This document shows positions 46,883-56,810 of a DNA stretch of 64,000 nucleotides, piece by piece (the stretch's first letter is position 1; every line of letters starts with the position of its first letter). The notes under the pieces are model-generated. The model saw nothing but the letters and a program-made list of their open reading frames with translations, did not search any database and was not told where the DNA came from. This DNA comes from an uncultured Chloroflexia bacterium. GTDB taxonomy: Bacteria > Chloroflexota > Limnocylindria > Limnocylindrales > CSP1-4. A program made the position numbers and the translations under genes. The stretch spans positions 576,613-640,612 of the forward strand of contig CAWIYR010000002.1 in assembly GCA_963840375.1 (NCBI GenBank). Reading direction: 5' to 3'.

Positions 46883-47946
46883 CGGCGGAGCCGCTCGCTC
46901 ATCCAGTCCGCCATCGCGGGCCGGTACTTGTACGTGATGTTGTTGCAGACGTGGTTCCCGTCGGGGTAGAGGAGGAGCGTCGCGTCGGGGGCCTCGCGCG
47001 CGATCCGCTCGGCCTGCTCGGGCGGGAAGAGCCGGTCCCTGGCACCGTGGACCACGAGGAGCGGCTGGTGCACCCGGGCGAGCACCCCGTGGAGCGCGAG
47101 GGACTTGGAGCGCTCGAACGCCTCGGCCTCGTCCTTCGACTTCGTGTAGAAGACGTATCCACCCCGGGTGAGCTCGTTGAGGGCCCCCCAGCATTCGGAC
47201 AGGTCGTACGGACCGGCGAGCGCGATGAGCGCCCGGATCCGGGGCTCCCCGGCCGCAGCCAGCGGTCCGTAGATCCCGCCCATGCTGATCCCCAGCAGGC
47301 CGACGCGCCCGGCGTCGACGTCGGAGCGAGCCTCGAGCTCGTCGATGATCGGCCGGACGACCCCCGCCCAGTCGGCCCGGATCGGGAATCTCGGCGCGCT
47401 CTCGCCCTGTCCCGGGCCGTCGACGGTGAGGGTCGCCATCCCACGACGGAGGAAGTCCTGCTCCAGCGTGAAGAGCTCCTCCTTCACGGAGTCGAGCCCC
47501 GGCACGATGAGCACGACCGGCGGGCCGGCGACGCCCCGCGGCCGGCGCAGATGACCGGGGATCGTCGTCCCCTCGAACGGGATGTCGAGGCGCTCGCCGG
47601 GGGGATCGAGACGGGGCAGGGCGTGCGCGTAGGACGAGACGGTGAGGGCGCTCAGGGTGAGGTGCAGGTCGAGATCCTCGAACCACAGGAACTTCCCGAG
47701 GTGGTAGGAGACGGCCGCTCGCTGGTACGCCTCTGTCGCGGTGACGATGCGACCGCCCGCCTCGGCCGCATCGGCGAGCTCGCGGTGCATGTCGCCGACG
47801 GCCTTCCAGTTCGGCGCCCAGTCCGCCCACTCGGTGGTCGCGGCCTGGACCCGCTCGAAATCGTTGACGTCGACCCCGTTCGCCACGAAGCGTGGCTTCC
47901 AGTGCGAGACCGCGAGCTGGACCCGGTTCAGCGCCTCATCGGCCAC
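46879..47946 (-). CDS. Alpha/beta hydrolase (DUF1100 / 2,6-dihydropseudooxynicotine hydrolase-like)
   Basis: 355 aa. Nucleophile elbow GISMGG; VVHGARDRLFP..PDGNH. The stop overlaps the ALDH start (ATGA). Confidence 0.8.
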   Translation of the reverse strand: MADEALNRVQLAVSHWKPRFVANGVDVNDFERVQAATTEWADWAPNWKAVGDMHRELADAAEAGGRIVTATEAYQRAAVSYHLGKFLWFEDLDLHLTLSALTVSSYAHALPRLDPPGERLDIPFEGTTIPGHLRRPRGVAGPPVVLIVPGLDSVKEELFTLEQDFLRRGMATLTVDGPGQGESAPRFPIRADWAGVVRPIIDELEARSDVDAGRVGLLGISMGGIYGPLAAAGEPRIRALIALAGPYDLSECWGALNELTRGGYVFYTKSKDEAEAFERSKSLALHGVLARVHQPLLVVHGARDRLFPPEQAERIAREAPDATLLLYPDGNHVCNNITYKYRPAMADWMSERLRR

Positions 47947-47977
47947 GGTGCGTCTCCCCGACTCCGATCGCGTTCAT

Positions 47978-49024
47978 TCAGGCCCCCTCAGGCGTCAGCA
48001 TCACCCGGATCGCACCGTCCCGGCGCTCCGTGAACGTCGCCCACGCCTCGGCGAACCGCTCGAGGGGGAAGTGGTGGGTCGTGAGGCTCGCCACGTCGAC
48101 CGCCCCGGACGCGAGGAGGGCGAGCGCCCGGCCTGATACACCCTTCGGGTTAGCGACCGACCCGAGGACGTCGAGGTGGCCGCGGACGATCGTCGAGAGG
48201 TCGATCGGCGGGAAGCTGACCCCCTGACCGGTCGCGCCGCCGAGGACGACCCGGCCACCGCGGCGGGCTGACGTCAGCGCGAGCGCGGCCGCGTCGGCGG
48301 TGCCCGCGAACTCGACGACGACGTCCGCCGTTCCGGTGAGAGCCCCGGCGTCGCGCTCGTCGACGACCGCGTCGGCGAAGCGCGCGGCCCGAGTCAGGCG
48401 CTCGCCGCGGCCGACGAGGGTCACCCGACCGGCGCCGCTCGCCCGGGCGAGTTGCGCGGCGCACAACCCGATCGCGCCGGACCCGATGACGACGACCGTC
48501 TCCCCGACGAGGAGATGGGCTCGCTCGATGGCCCAGAGGGCGACGCCGAGGTTGTCCGTCCAGGCGCCGTCGGCCATGCTGACCGCGTCCGGCAGCGGAT
48601 GGAGCGCCGCCAGCGGGACGCTCGCGTACTCGGCGAGGCCGCCCGCGATCGTGAACCCGACGTGGGCGTGGCCGGTCTCCGTCCGGCCGTAGTTCAGGCA
48701 GAGGTTGTAGAGCCCCTCCCGGCAACGATCGCAGACCCCGCAGCCGACGTGGACCTCGACGCCGACGCGGGTCCCGGGCGGCGGGCCGCCGGCCGCAGAT
48801 CCGAGCGCGACGACCGTCCCGGAGAACTCGTGACCCGGCACGTGCGGGAACCGCGTCCCGGCGAACCGGCCGGCGAGGATCTTGCGGTCCGTCGCGCAGA
48901 CCATCGACGCCGCGACCTGGACCAGGGCGTGGCCGGGGGCCGGCTCGGGCGTCGGGACGGTCGTGACGACGAACCGCTCGGGCGCCTCGAACACGACCGC
49001 GCGCATCCGCGGCGGCACGCTCAC
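47978..49024 (-). CDS. Zn-dependent alcohol/polyol dehydrogenase (MDR family)
   Basis: 348 aa. GHEFSGTV, structural-Zn cluster CGVCDRCREGLYNLC, Rossmann motif VIGSGAIGL. Confidence 0.9.
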   Translation of the reverse strand: MSVPPRMRAVVFEAPERFVVTTVPTPEPAPGHALVQVAASMVCATDRKILAGRFAGTRFPHVPGHEFSGTVVALGSAAGGPPPGTRVGVEVHVGCGVCDRCREGLYNLCLNYGRTETGHAHVGFTIAGGLAEYASVPLAALHPLPDAVSMADGAWTDNLGVALWAIERAHLLVGETVVVIGSGAIGLCAAQLARASGAGRVTLVGRGERLTRAARFADAVVDERDAGALTGTADVVVEFAGTADAAALALTSARRGGRVVLGGATGQGVSFPPIDLSTIVRGHLDVLGSVANPKGVSGRALALLASGAVDVASLTTHHFPLERFAEAWATFTERRDGAIRVMLTPEGA

Positions 49025-49055
49025 GTGGCCGGCTCCCCGAGGCCGCCTGGCCTGG

Positions 49056-50102
49056 TCACGGCTCGACGATCACCTTCAGCGCCCCGTCGACCCGCTCGTT
49101 GAACGTCCGGAGCGCCTCGGGGAACTCGCGCAGCGGGAAGTGATGGGTGATCAGCCGCCCGGCGGGGATCCGGCCGTCGGACATCAGCGGGATGACCTCC
49201 TCCATCGTGTTCCAATTCGCCCGCACGCCGTACAGGTCGATCTCCTCGAGCACGACCTTCTGGAAGTTCACGGCGGTGGGCTCCTTGGGGATCCCCGTGA
49301 ACGCGACACGGCCGCCCTTGCGCACCATCCCGATCGCCTGGCCCACGGAATCCTTCGAGCCGGCGGAATCGATCGCCACGTCGACGCCGACCCCCCCGGA
49401 CCAGTCGCGCACCGTGGCGACGGGATCGCCGTCGTGGTAGTCGACCGTCTCGAAGCCGAGTTCTCGCGCCCGTTCCAGGCGCCGACCGCCGCCGACGACG
49501 ATGACCCGGGCCGCCCCGAGGGTCTTCGCGCACATCGCCACGAGCAGGCCCATCCCACCGGAGCCGACCGACGCCACCAGGTCGCCGGGCTGGATCCCCG
49601 GCCGCTTCACGGAATGGAGGGCGATCGACGCCGTGTCGCACAGAGCGGCGGTATCGAACGGCATGTCGTCGGGGATCTTGAACACGGCCTTGATCGTGTG
49701 GACGACGTACTCGGCGTACGCCCCCTGGCTGTAGTGGCCGTACTGGCGATGGCCGAGGTCCTCGCGACCGTAGTTGAAGCACAGGTTGTAGCGGCCGATC
49801 CGGCACATCCGGCAGAGGCCGCAGCCGGAATGCGAGGTGCCGGCGACCCGCGTCCCGACGGAGAACCCGTTCTGCTCGGCGATCGCGCCGGCGGCGACGA
49901 CCTCGCCGGACCACTCGTGGCCCGGGATGTACGGATAGGCGCGCGGCCACCGCCCGGGGAAGCCACCCTCGATGATCTCCGCATCCGTGCCGCAGATCGC
50001 GATCGCCCGAACCCGGCAGAGGACCTCGTTGGCGGCCGGCTCCGGGACGGGGACGTCGCGGATCTCGAACGCGTGCGGAGCGGTGAGGACGAGGGCCTGC
50101 AT
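49056..50102 (-). CDS. Zn-dependent alcohol/polyol dehydrogenase (MDR family), paralogue
   Basis: ATG 50102 has GGAGGA 6 nt upstream (MQALVLTAPHAFEIRD..). GHEWSGEV, CGLCRMCRIGRYNLC, SVGSGGMGL. Confidence 0.9.
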   Translation of the reverse strand: MQALVLTAPHAFEIRDVPVPEPAANEVLCRVRAIAICGTDAEIIEGGFPGRWPRAYPYIPGHEWSGEVVAAGAIAEQNGFSVGTRVAGTSHSGCGLCRMCRIGRYNLCFNYGREDLGHRQYGHYSQGAYAEYVVHTIKAVFKIPDDMPFDTAALCDTASIALHSVKRPGIQPGDLVASVGSGGMGLLVAMCAKTLGAARVIVVGGGRRLERARELGFETVDYHDGDPVATVRDWSGGVGVDVAIDSAGSKDSVGQAIGMVRKGGRVAFTGIPKEPTAVNFQKVVLEEIDLYGVRANWNTMEEVIPLMSDGRIPAGRLITHHFPLREFPEALRTFNERVDGALKVIVEP

Positions 50103-50104
50103 GT

Positions 50105-50873
50105 CTACTCCTCCAGGAAGGCGGCGACGCGGCAGACGCTGGCCTCGCCACCCCGCCAGCGCCAGGGGAACGCGCCGAGGTCGACTCGCCGGCCCGCGAC
50201 CTCGGCGATCTCCCCGCCCAGGTTCTCGAGCATCGAGATGTCGTTCCGGGCGGTCGCGTAATGGATGTACTCGAAGTCCTTCGCCGGCAGCGTCTCCTCG
50301 ATCGGCCGGCCGGTCATCGGCCTCGTATTCGGTGACGAGATCGGGTCGCATGTGCCGGATGCGCGTGTGGAGCGAGTGGTCGATCGAGGCGAGGTCGGCG
50401 CCGATCCACTTGATCCGCTTCTCGATGAGGAAGTCGATGACCTCGGGTCGCGGGCCGGGATGCCGGTCGAAGTAGGTGACGTCGTCGCGCGTCGTCTGCG
50501 TCCAGTTGTACCGGTCCCAGCCGGTGTAGAGCACGACGATGTCCCCCTCGCGGATCGCCTCGCCCTCGGGGATGCAGCGCTCGATGTCGGCCAGGCTGTA
50601 GTAGCTCCAGGGCTTCGTGATCGGCCGGAGGTCGATGACGAGGCCCGTTCCGTGGAGCTCGCCCAGCTCGATCTGCCCGAGGTCCCGGCCGGTCTCGCAG
50701 TAGTGGCTCGGCGCGTCGATGTGCGTGCCGGTGTGCATGTTCGTCTTCACGAGCATGGTGCTCTTGCGGTCCCGGTGATGGGTCGTGATGTCGGTCACCT
50801 CGATCGAGGCGAACTGAGGCCAGGTGGGCATCCGATCGCCCCAGGGCTGGGTGAGGTCGACGAGACGGGTCAT
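50105..50873 (-). pseudogene. Cyclase-family protein (kynurenine formamidase/isatin hydrolase-like, PF04199-type) interrupted by a 1-nt frameshift
   Basis: The N-terminal part from ATG 50873 reads ..NMHTGTHIDAPSHY..VLYTGWD..GADLASIDH..LVTEYEA. The frame changes at ~50315-50321. The C-terminal part reads MTGRPIEETLPAKDFEYIHYATARNDISMLENLGG..GAFPWRWRGGEASVCRVAAFLEE* (stop 50105). Joined, the two parts give a complete family member. Confidence 0.7.
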
Positions 50874-51940
50874 GGCTGGGCTCCGGTGATGATGGGGGAC
50901 TGGCCGGCGCCTCGGCCCGGCGCGGCCGAGGACGAGCGGATCACGAGCTCGGTAGGCAGGGTCAGGCGGACGTCGCCGATCGGCCGACCCTGCAGGCGGT
51001 CGATGAGCAGGTGCGCGCCGACCACCCCCATCTCCAGCTGGGGCACACGCACCGTCGTCAGCGCGGGCTCGAGCAGGCCGGCCAGCGGGATGTCGTTGAA
51101 GCCGACGATCGAAAGCCCGGCCGGCACCGACGTGCCGGCCTCGCGAAGTCGCTGGAGCATGCCGATGGCGATGAGGTCGTTGGCCGCGAAGACCGCTGTC
51201 GGCTTGGCGGGTCCAGCGAGCATGATCCCGAGAGCGTGGTGGCCCGCCTCCGCCGAGAACGCATCCGCCTCGACGATGAGGTCCGGCTCATCGGCCAGAC
51301 CGTGTCGCGCGACCCCGGTCCGGAACCCCTCGAGCCGCTCGACACCCGTCGTCGTGTCCCTGGGCCCGGCGATGTGACCCACCCGGTGGTGCCCCAGGGA
51401 GGCGAGATACGCGACCACGGCGACGGCCGCGGCGCGGTTGTCGACGACGACCGCGAGGTCTCCCGCATCGTCGGTCGCGCGGTTGATCAGGACGAACGGA
51501 TAGCCCTCGCCGCGGAGCTCCTCGATCGTGTCGTCGGCCATCCGGGACGAGGCGATCAACAGGCCGTCGACCTGGTGCTCGCGCAGCGCATGCAGGCAGC
51601 TCGCCTCGCGCTCGGGGTCGTCCTCCGAGTTGCACAAGAGGAGGTTGTAGCCGCGCTCCCGGGCCGCGTCCTCGGCGCCCTTGATGATCGATGAGAAGAA
51701 CGGGTTCGTGATGTCGGGGACGAGCATCCCGAGGGTCAGCGTCCGCTGCAGCCGGAGGCCACGGGCGAGGCCGGACGCTCGGTACCCGAGGCGGTCGGCG
51801 GCCGCCAGGACGCGCTCGCGGGTCGCCGGCCGGACGGTGGTCCCGGCGTGATCGTTGAGGACGCGGGACACCGTGGACGCATGGACGCCGGCCTCCGCCG
51901 CCACGTCGCCGATCGTCGCCCGCGGTCTCGTCGTGCTCAT
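50870..51940 (-). CDS. LacI family transcriptional regulator
   Basis: 356 aa. HTH is ATIGDVAAEAGVHASTVSRVLN, followed by a periplasmic-binding-protein-like effector domain. The stop overlaps the cyclase-family start (ATGA). Confidence 0.9.
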   Translation of the reverse strand: MSTTRPRATIGDVAAEAGVHASTVSRVLNDHAGTTVRPATRERVLAAADRLGYRASGLARGLRLQRTLTLGMLVPDITNPFFSSIIKGAEDAARERGYNLLLCNSEDDPEREASCLHALREHQVDGLLIASSRMADDTIEELRGEGYPFVLINRATDDAGDLAVVVDNRAAAVAVVAYLASLGHHRVGHIAGPRDTTTGVERLEGFRTGVARHGLADEPDLIVEADAFSAEAGHHALGIMLAGPAKPTAVFAANDLIAIGMLQRLREAGTSVPAGLSIVGFNDIPLAGLLEPALTTVRVPQLEMGVVGAHLLIDRLQGRPIGDVRLTLPTELVIRSSSAAPGRGAGQSPIITGAQP

Positions 51941-51962
51941 CGGGCTGGCACCTCGGGCCCGC

Positions 51963-52685
51963 TCATCCGGCCGCGCTCTCGCCGAGGTAGAGGCGCTTGA
52001 CCTGCGGATCGTCGAGCAGCCGCTGGCCTTCGCCGCGCAGCTTGATCGCTCCGAGCTCCATGACGCAGCCCGTCCGGGCGGTGCCGAGCCCGGTTCGGGC
52101 GTTCTGCTCGACGAGGAGGATCGTCACCCCCTGTTCGTTGAGCTCGCGCATCTTGGCCATGACCGTGCGGGACGCCCGTGGCTCCAGGCCGAGCGTCGGC
52201 TCGTCGAGGAGCAGGAGTCGGGGCGCCGTGACGATCGCCCGGGCCATCTCGACCTGCTTCTGCTCGCCGCCGCTCAGGAGGCCGGCCCGACGGTCGGCCT
52301 GCTCGACGACGATCGGGAAGAGGTCCTCGGCCGCGCGCAGCCGCTCCCGGGCGAGCGAGCGGTCGCGGATGCTGTAGGCGCCCATCAGCAGGTTCTCGTG
52401 GACGGTCATCTGCGGGAACGTGCTCCGACCCTGCGGGACGTGGGCGATGCCGCGCCGGAAGAGCAGGTCCGGGCGCCAGCCCGCCACGTCGGTCCCGTCG
52501 AACCGGATCGTGCCGCGACGCGGGCGGATGATCCCGGAGAGGGCCCGCAGGAGGGTGGACTTCCCGGCCCCGTTCGGCCCGATGAGGCAGACGAAGTCAC
52601 CCTCGGCGAGGCTGAGGTCGACGCCCCGGAGGACGTCGCCGCCGCTCCCGTACCCCGCGAACAGGCCATCGATCTCGAGCAGCAT
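51963..52685 (-). CDS. Branched-chain amino acid-type ABC transporter ATP-binding protein (LivF-like)
   Basis: Start at ATG 52685 (MLLEIDGLFAGYG..). GPNGAGKST, LSGGEQKQ, LLLLDEPTLGL. Confidence 0.9.
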   Translation of the reverse strand: MLLEIDGLFAGYGSGGDVLRGVDLSLAEGDFVCLIGPNGAGKSTLLRALSGIIRPRRGTIRFDGTDVAGWRPDLLFRRGIAHVPQGRSTFPQMTVHENLLMGAYSIRDRSLARERLRAAEDLFPIVVEQADRRAGLLSGGEQKQVEMARAIVTAPRLLLLDEPTLGLEPRASRTVMAKMRELNEQGVTILLVEQNARTGLGTARTGCVMELGAIKLRGEGQRLLDDPQVKRLYLGESAAG

Positions 52686-52687
52686 CC

Positions 52688-53473
52688 TCAGTCTCCGAGG
52701 TACGCGTCGAGGACGATCGGGTCCTCGCGGACGGCTCCGGGCGAGCCCTGCGCGATCACCGTCCCGCGGTGCATGACGATGACCGGGTCGCACAGCTTCA
52801 TGACGAAGCCCATGTTGTGCTCGATGATCAGGAATGTGACCCCGCGTCCGTTGAGCTCGCGCACGTGACCGGCGAGCTTCTCGATCATGACCGGGTTCAG
52901 CCCACCGGCCGGCTCGTCGAGCAGCACGATCTCGGGATCCGCCATCAGCGCGGCCGCCAGCTCCAGGAGCTTCTGCTGGCCGAACGACAGGCTGCCGGCC
53001 TGCTCGTCTCGGAGGCTCTGGAGGCCGAAGAACTCGAGCAGCTCCTCTGCCCGCTCGCGCTCATGACCCTTGATCGCCGCGGTGAAGAGCGATCGGAAGG
53101 TGAGCTGGCGGATCGGCACGATCATGTTCTCGAGGACCGTCATCCGCCGGAAGATGCGGGTCACCTGGAATGTCCGCATGACGCCGAGATGGACGATCTC
53201 GCTCGGCCGACGTCCGCCGGCCGGGACCCCTCGGACGTAGACCTGGCCGCGGTCCGGCTCGTAGAAGCCGGTGATGCAGTTGAAGAGCGTCGTCTTGCCC
53301 GAGCCGTTCGGCCCGATGAGCGCGGTGATGCTTCCCGTCCGCACCGCGAGCGAGCAGTCGGTGAGGGCCTGGATGCCCCCGAACGACTTGTCGATCCCGC
53401 TGACGGCCAGGCAGACCGACGGGTCCCGGACGGCCGCTTCGACGGCAGCTGCCGTCAACGGCTGCACGGTCAC
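52688..53473 (-). CDS. Branched-chain amino acid-type ABC transporter ATP-binding protein (LivG-like)
   Basis: GTG 53473 overlaps the LivM-like stop (GTGA). GPNGSGKTT, LSFGQQKLLE, IVLLDEPAGGL. Confidence 0.9.
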   Translation of the reverse strand: MTVQPLTAAAVEAAVRDPSVCLAVSGIDKSFGGIQALTDCSLAVRTGSITALIGPNGSGKTTLFNCITGFYEPDRGQVYVRGVPAGGRRPSEIVHLGVMRTFQVTRIFRRMTVLENMIVPIRQLTFRSLFTAAIKGHERERAEELLEFFGLQSLRDEQAGSLSFGQQKLLELAAALMADPEIVLLDEPAGGLNPVMIEKLAGHVRELNGRGVTFLIIEHNMGFVMKLCDPVIVMHRGTVIAQGSPGAVREDPIVLDAYLGD

Positions 53474-54465
53474 GTCGCGCCTCCCGGGAGTGGCTCGTCG
53501 GCGACGCCTGCCGGGCTCGCCCTGCCCCTGCCGGCACGCCACGCGTTCCAGGTCGGGATGATCCCCTCGGGCAGGAACATCACCACGAGGACGAGGACGA
53601 CCCCGAGCGCGACCAGGTGGACCTGGCCGGCGATCTGGGATGGGGTGAGGTAGATGAGATAGACCGAGAGGGGCTGAAGGATGAACGCCCCGAGCACCGG
53701 ACCCCAGACCGTTCCGCGGCCCCCGACCAGGCTCATGATGATCACGCTGAGGGTGATGATCAGCTCGAACGCGAGGTCCGGGTCCATGTAGTTGAGGTAC
53801 TGGGCGTGCAGCGCGCCGGCGACCCCGGCGAACGAGACGCTGATCGCGAACGCGAGGATCTTGTAGAGGGACGTGTTCACACCGGAACCGTCCGCCTTGC
53901 CCTCCTCCTCGCGGATGGCGATGAGGCCCAGGCCGAACTTCGAGCGACGGATCGCGAGCGAGACGAGGATCGCCACGACGAGGAGCGCGAGCATCGAGTA
54001 GTAGAAGGGCAGGATGACGAACTCGGCGGGCAGGTCGAGAAGGGGCAGGTAGAGGCCGGCGCTGCCACCCGTGACGTCGCGCAGGTTGAGCGCCAGGAGC
54101 TGGACCACGTACGTGAACGTCAGCGTCACGATGACGAACGAGGTGCCTCGCGCCCGGAGCGAGATCCACCCGAGGCCGGCCCCGATGACCGCCGTGAGGA
54201 GCCCGATGAACGGGGCGCTCACGAAGACCGGGATGCCGTAGTGGACGACGAGCAGCCCCGCGACGTACGACCCGATCCCGAAGAACCCCACGGTGCCGAG
54301 CGAGACGTAGCCGGCATAGCCGCCCATGATGTCCCAGCCGACGGACATCGCCGCGTACATGAACGTGAACAGCAGCAGGTCCAGGTAGAAGCCCTCGCGA
54401 ACGAAGCCTGGGAGGACCACGAACAGCGCGAGGCCGACGAGCGGGATGATCCGACGGGCAGTCAT
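53470..54465 (-). CDS. Branched-chain amino acid-type ABC transporter permease (LivM-like)
   Basis: 331 aa, polytopic membrane protein, in operon position between the LivH-like and LivG-like genes. Confidence 0.9.
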   Translation of the reverse strand: MTARRIIPLVGLALFVVLPGFVREGFYLDLLLFTFMYAAMSVGWDIMGGYAGYVSLGTVGFFGIGSYVAGLLVVHYGIPVFVSAPFIGLLTAVIGAGLGWISLRARGTSFVIVTLTFTYVVQLLALNLRDVTGGSAGLYLPLLDLPAEFVILPFYYSMLALLVVAILVSLAIRRSKFGLGLIAIREEEGKADGSGVNTSLYKILAFAISVSFAGVAGALHAQYLNYMDPDLAFELIITLSVIIMSLVGGRGTVWGPVLGAFILQPLSVYLIYLTPSQIAGQVHLVALGVVLVLVVMFLPEGIIPTWNAWRAGRGRASPAGVADEPLPGGAT

Positions 54466-54469
54466 CCGA

Positions 54470-55351
54470 CTACAGGCTTTCTCGGGCGGTCGTGCCGAAC
54501 AGGCCCCGCGGCCGCACGATCAGGATGCCGAACAGGACACCGTAGAACACGAGGGGCGCCCAGTTGATCGGGAGGAACACCACCGCGATCTGCTCGGCGA
54601 GACCCAGGATCATCGCCGCCACGAACGTGCCCCTCAGGCTGCCCATCCCACCGAGGACGACGATGGCGAGCAGCTTCCCGATCGAGAGCCAGTGCGTCGC
54701 TGGGTAGAAGGCGAAGAGCATCCCGAACAGCGGCCCACCGGCCGCCGCGAGCGACACGCCGATCGCGAATGCGATCATCGTGACCTGCTCCACGTTGACC
54801 CCGACGAGGGCGGCCGTCCGTGGGTCCTGGGTCGTCGCCCGGATCGCCCGACCAAGGTCACTTCGAAGGAGGAGGACGAAGAGGGCCCCCAGGATGACGA
54901 GGGCGGCCCCGGCCGAGATGAGCCGGATCAACGGCACGTAGATCCCGCCGACCTCGAAGCTGTTCAGCGAGTAGGACGTGTTGATCGCCTGGAACGAGGA
55001 CGAGAAGAGGCTGCCCTGGAGCCCTTCGAGGATGATCGCGAAGCCGAAGGTGACGAGGACCGTGAGCGTCACGTCGCGTCCGTCCAGGCGACGAAGGATC
55101 AGCCGTTGAGCGAGCGCGCCGGCGAGGAAGAAGACCGGCACGACGACGAGGATCGAGACGATGGGGTCGAGGGCGTAGGTCTTGTAGAGCAGCCAGGAGA
55201 CGTAGGCGGCCGACACGATCATCGCCCCATGGGCCACGTTGACGACGCGCATGATCCCGAAGATCAGCGTGAGGCCCGAGGCCATGAGGGCGTAGACGCC
55301 CCCGGTCAGGATGCCCAGGACGATCGCCTGGAGGAGGAGCTCCCAGTTCAA
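54470..55351 (-). CDS. Branched-chain amino acid-type ABC transporter permease (LivH-like)
   Basis: 293 aa. MNWELLLQAIVLGILTGGVYALMASGLTLIFGIMRVVNVAHG is a typical LivH N-terminus. Confidence 0.9.
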   Translation of the reverse strand: MNWELLLQAIVLGILTGGVYALMASGLTLIFGIMRVVNVAHGAMIVSAAYVSWLLYKTYALDPIVSILVVVPVFFLAGALAQRLILRRLDGRDVTLTVLVTFGFAIILEGLQGSLFSSSFQAINTSYSLNSFEVGGIYVPLIRLISAGAALVILGALFVLLLRSDLGRAIRATTQDPRTAALVGVNVEQVTMIAFAIGVSLAAAGGPLFGMLFAFYPATHWLSIGKLLAIVVLGGMGSLRGTFVAAMILGLAEQIAVVFLPINWAPLVFYGVLFGILIVRPRGLFGTTARESL

Positions 55352-55436
55352 CTCGCAGTCCCCGTGCAGTCGCGGCCCGACCGCGGAGAGCCTTCAGGAT
55401 GGGGCTCCGGAAGGCTCTCCGCCGATGCGGACGAGT

Positions 55437-56775
55437 TCACCAGGTGGGCTTCGGGTACACCGGGTCGGCGTCCTTGTTCGGGTCGTTCGCCGGAGCGACG
55501 ACGTGCAGCTTGCCGTCCTGGTACTGCTCGAGCAGGTAGCTGCCGTTCGGTCGACCGATCGCATCCCAGCCGATCGGACCCTGGACCGTGTCGACCGTGT
55601 TGGCGTGCAGCCAGTCGGCGATCACGGTGTTGTCGAGGCAGCCGCGTCGCGGTGACCGCGGCCTGGAGCACCTGGCCCACCGAGTAGCCCTCGGCGGCCT
55701 CGCCGGGGATGTCGGTCTCCTTCGGGAACATCGCGTGGTACCCGGCGACGAACTTGTCGTTGTTGGTCGCCTTGGAGGCCTGGATCCAGCCGTCGCCGGT
55801 GAAGATGCCGTTCACCTTGTCGCCGAGCGCCTGCTCGAACGGGCCGGTCGTGCTCGGTCCGCTGGTGTAGTAGACGGCCTTGGGCTGGTAGTTGATCGAG
55901 GAGTACGCCTGGCTCTGGCCGACGGCGTCACCGAAGATCGTTCCGCCGAGGACGATGTCGGCGCCTGACGCCTTGACGGCGGCCGCGATCGACGCGAAGT
56001 CCGTCTGAGTCGGCGGGTAGACGTCCTTGTAGACGGTCTTGACGCCGGCCGCCTCGAGGGTGGCCTGGGCACCGTCCAGGGTCGCCTTGACGAACGGGTC
56101 GTCCTGCTGCGGGTAGGCCGCGGTCTTCGGTCGCTGGTCGGCCGGGAGCGAGAGGATGTAGGTGACGAACGGGTCGGCCTGGTGCTCGGCCGTCGCCGGC
56201 TGGACGAAGAACGTGTAGTGGAAGTTGCGCTGGAAGACCCCCGGGGCACCGCCGGCGCCCTCGATGAAGGCGTACTTGTACTTCTCGGCGATCGCGGACG
56301 TCGGGATCGTCAGGGCCGACGAGAACGGGCCGAACATGAGGTCCACCTTGTCGACCGTGGCCAGCCGCTCGATCTGGCTCACGGCCGTATCGGCCAGGCT
56401 CTGGTTGTCGTACTCCTTGAGGACGACCTGCCGGCCGAGGAGCCCGCCGGCGTCGTTGATCTCCTTGATCCAGGTCTGGTAGCCGTGCTCGATCCCCGTG
56501 CCGGGATCGGACTTGTCCCCCGTAAGGGCCTGCGAGACGCCGATCACGATGGGCGCGGTGCTGGCGGGCAGCGGGCAGGCGACCTGGGAAGCCACTGCCG
56601 CAGAGGATGGAGCGACCGACCCGGCTGGCGCGGTCGTGGGTGCCGCTGCGGTCGACGCGGCGGGGCTTGGGGATGCGGCACTCGAGCAACCGGCGAAGAC
56701 GACCGCCCCGGCGGCCAACAACGCGAGCAGGGGACGAATGCCCGGAACGTCGATCGATCGCGTGGAGCGGAGCAT
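55437..56775 (-). pseudogene. Liv-type (Peripla_BP_6) substrate-binding lipoprotein interrupted by a 1-nt frameshift
   Basis: ATG 56775, lipobox VVFAGCSS, then ..IVIGVSQALTGDKSD..GQVLQAAVTAT. The frame changes at ~55641-55648. The C-terminal part reads GCLDNTVIADWLHANTVDTVQGPIGWDAIGRPNG..PVYPKPTW* (stop 55437). The out-of-frame continuation of the N-terminal frame is Arg/Pro-rich nonsense. Confidence 0.75.
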
Positions 56776-56810
56776 GGTCCTGTCCTAGCCTCCCTGTGTG
56801 ATGCCGACCG

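Noticed and set aside
50310-50325. Programmed ribosomal frameshift at the cyclase-family gene
   Set aside because: There is no slippery X-XXY-YYZ heptamer, no obvious downstream stimulatory structure, and no known precedent for this family. A mutation or sequencing error is more parsimonious.
49056-50873. 605-aa ORF suggesting a cyclase-family/alcohol-dehydrogenase fusion protein
   Set aside because: The ~90 residues joining the two parts are Arg/Pro/Gly nonsense. The true C-terminus of the cyclase-family protein is in another frame (50105..50317). The ADH has its own ATG with GGAGGA. The apparent fusion is a read-through artefact of the frameshift.
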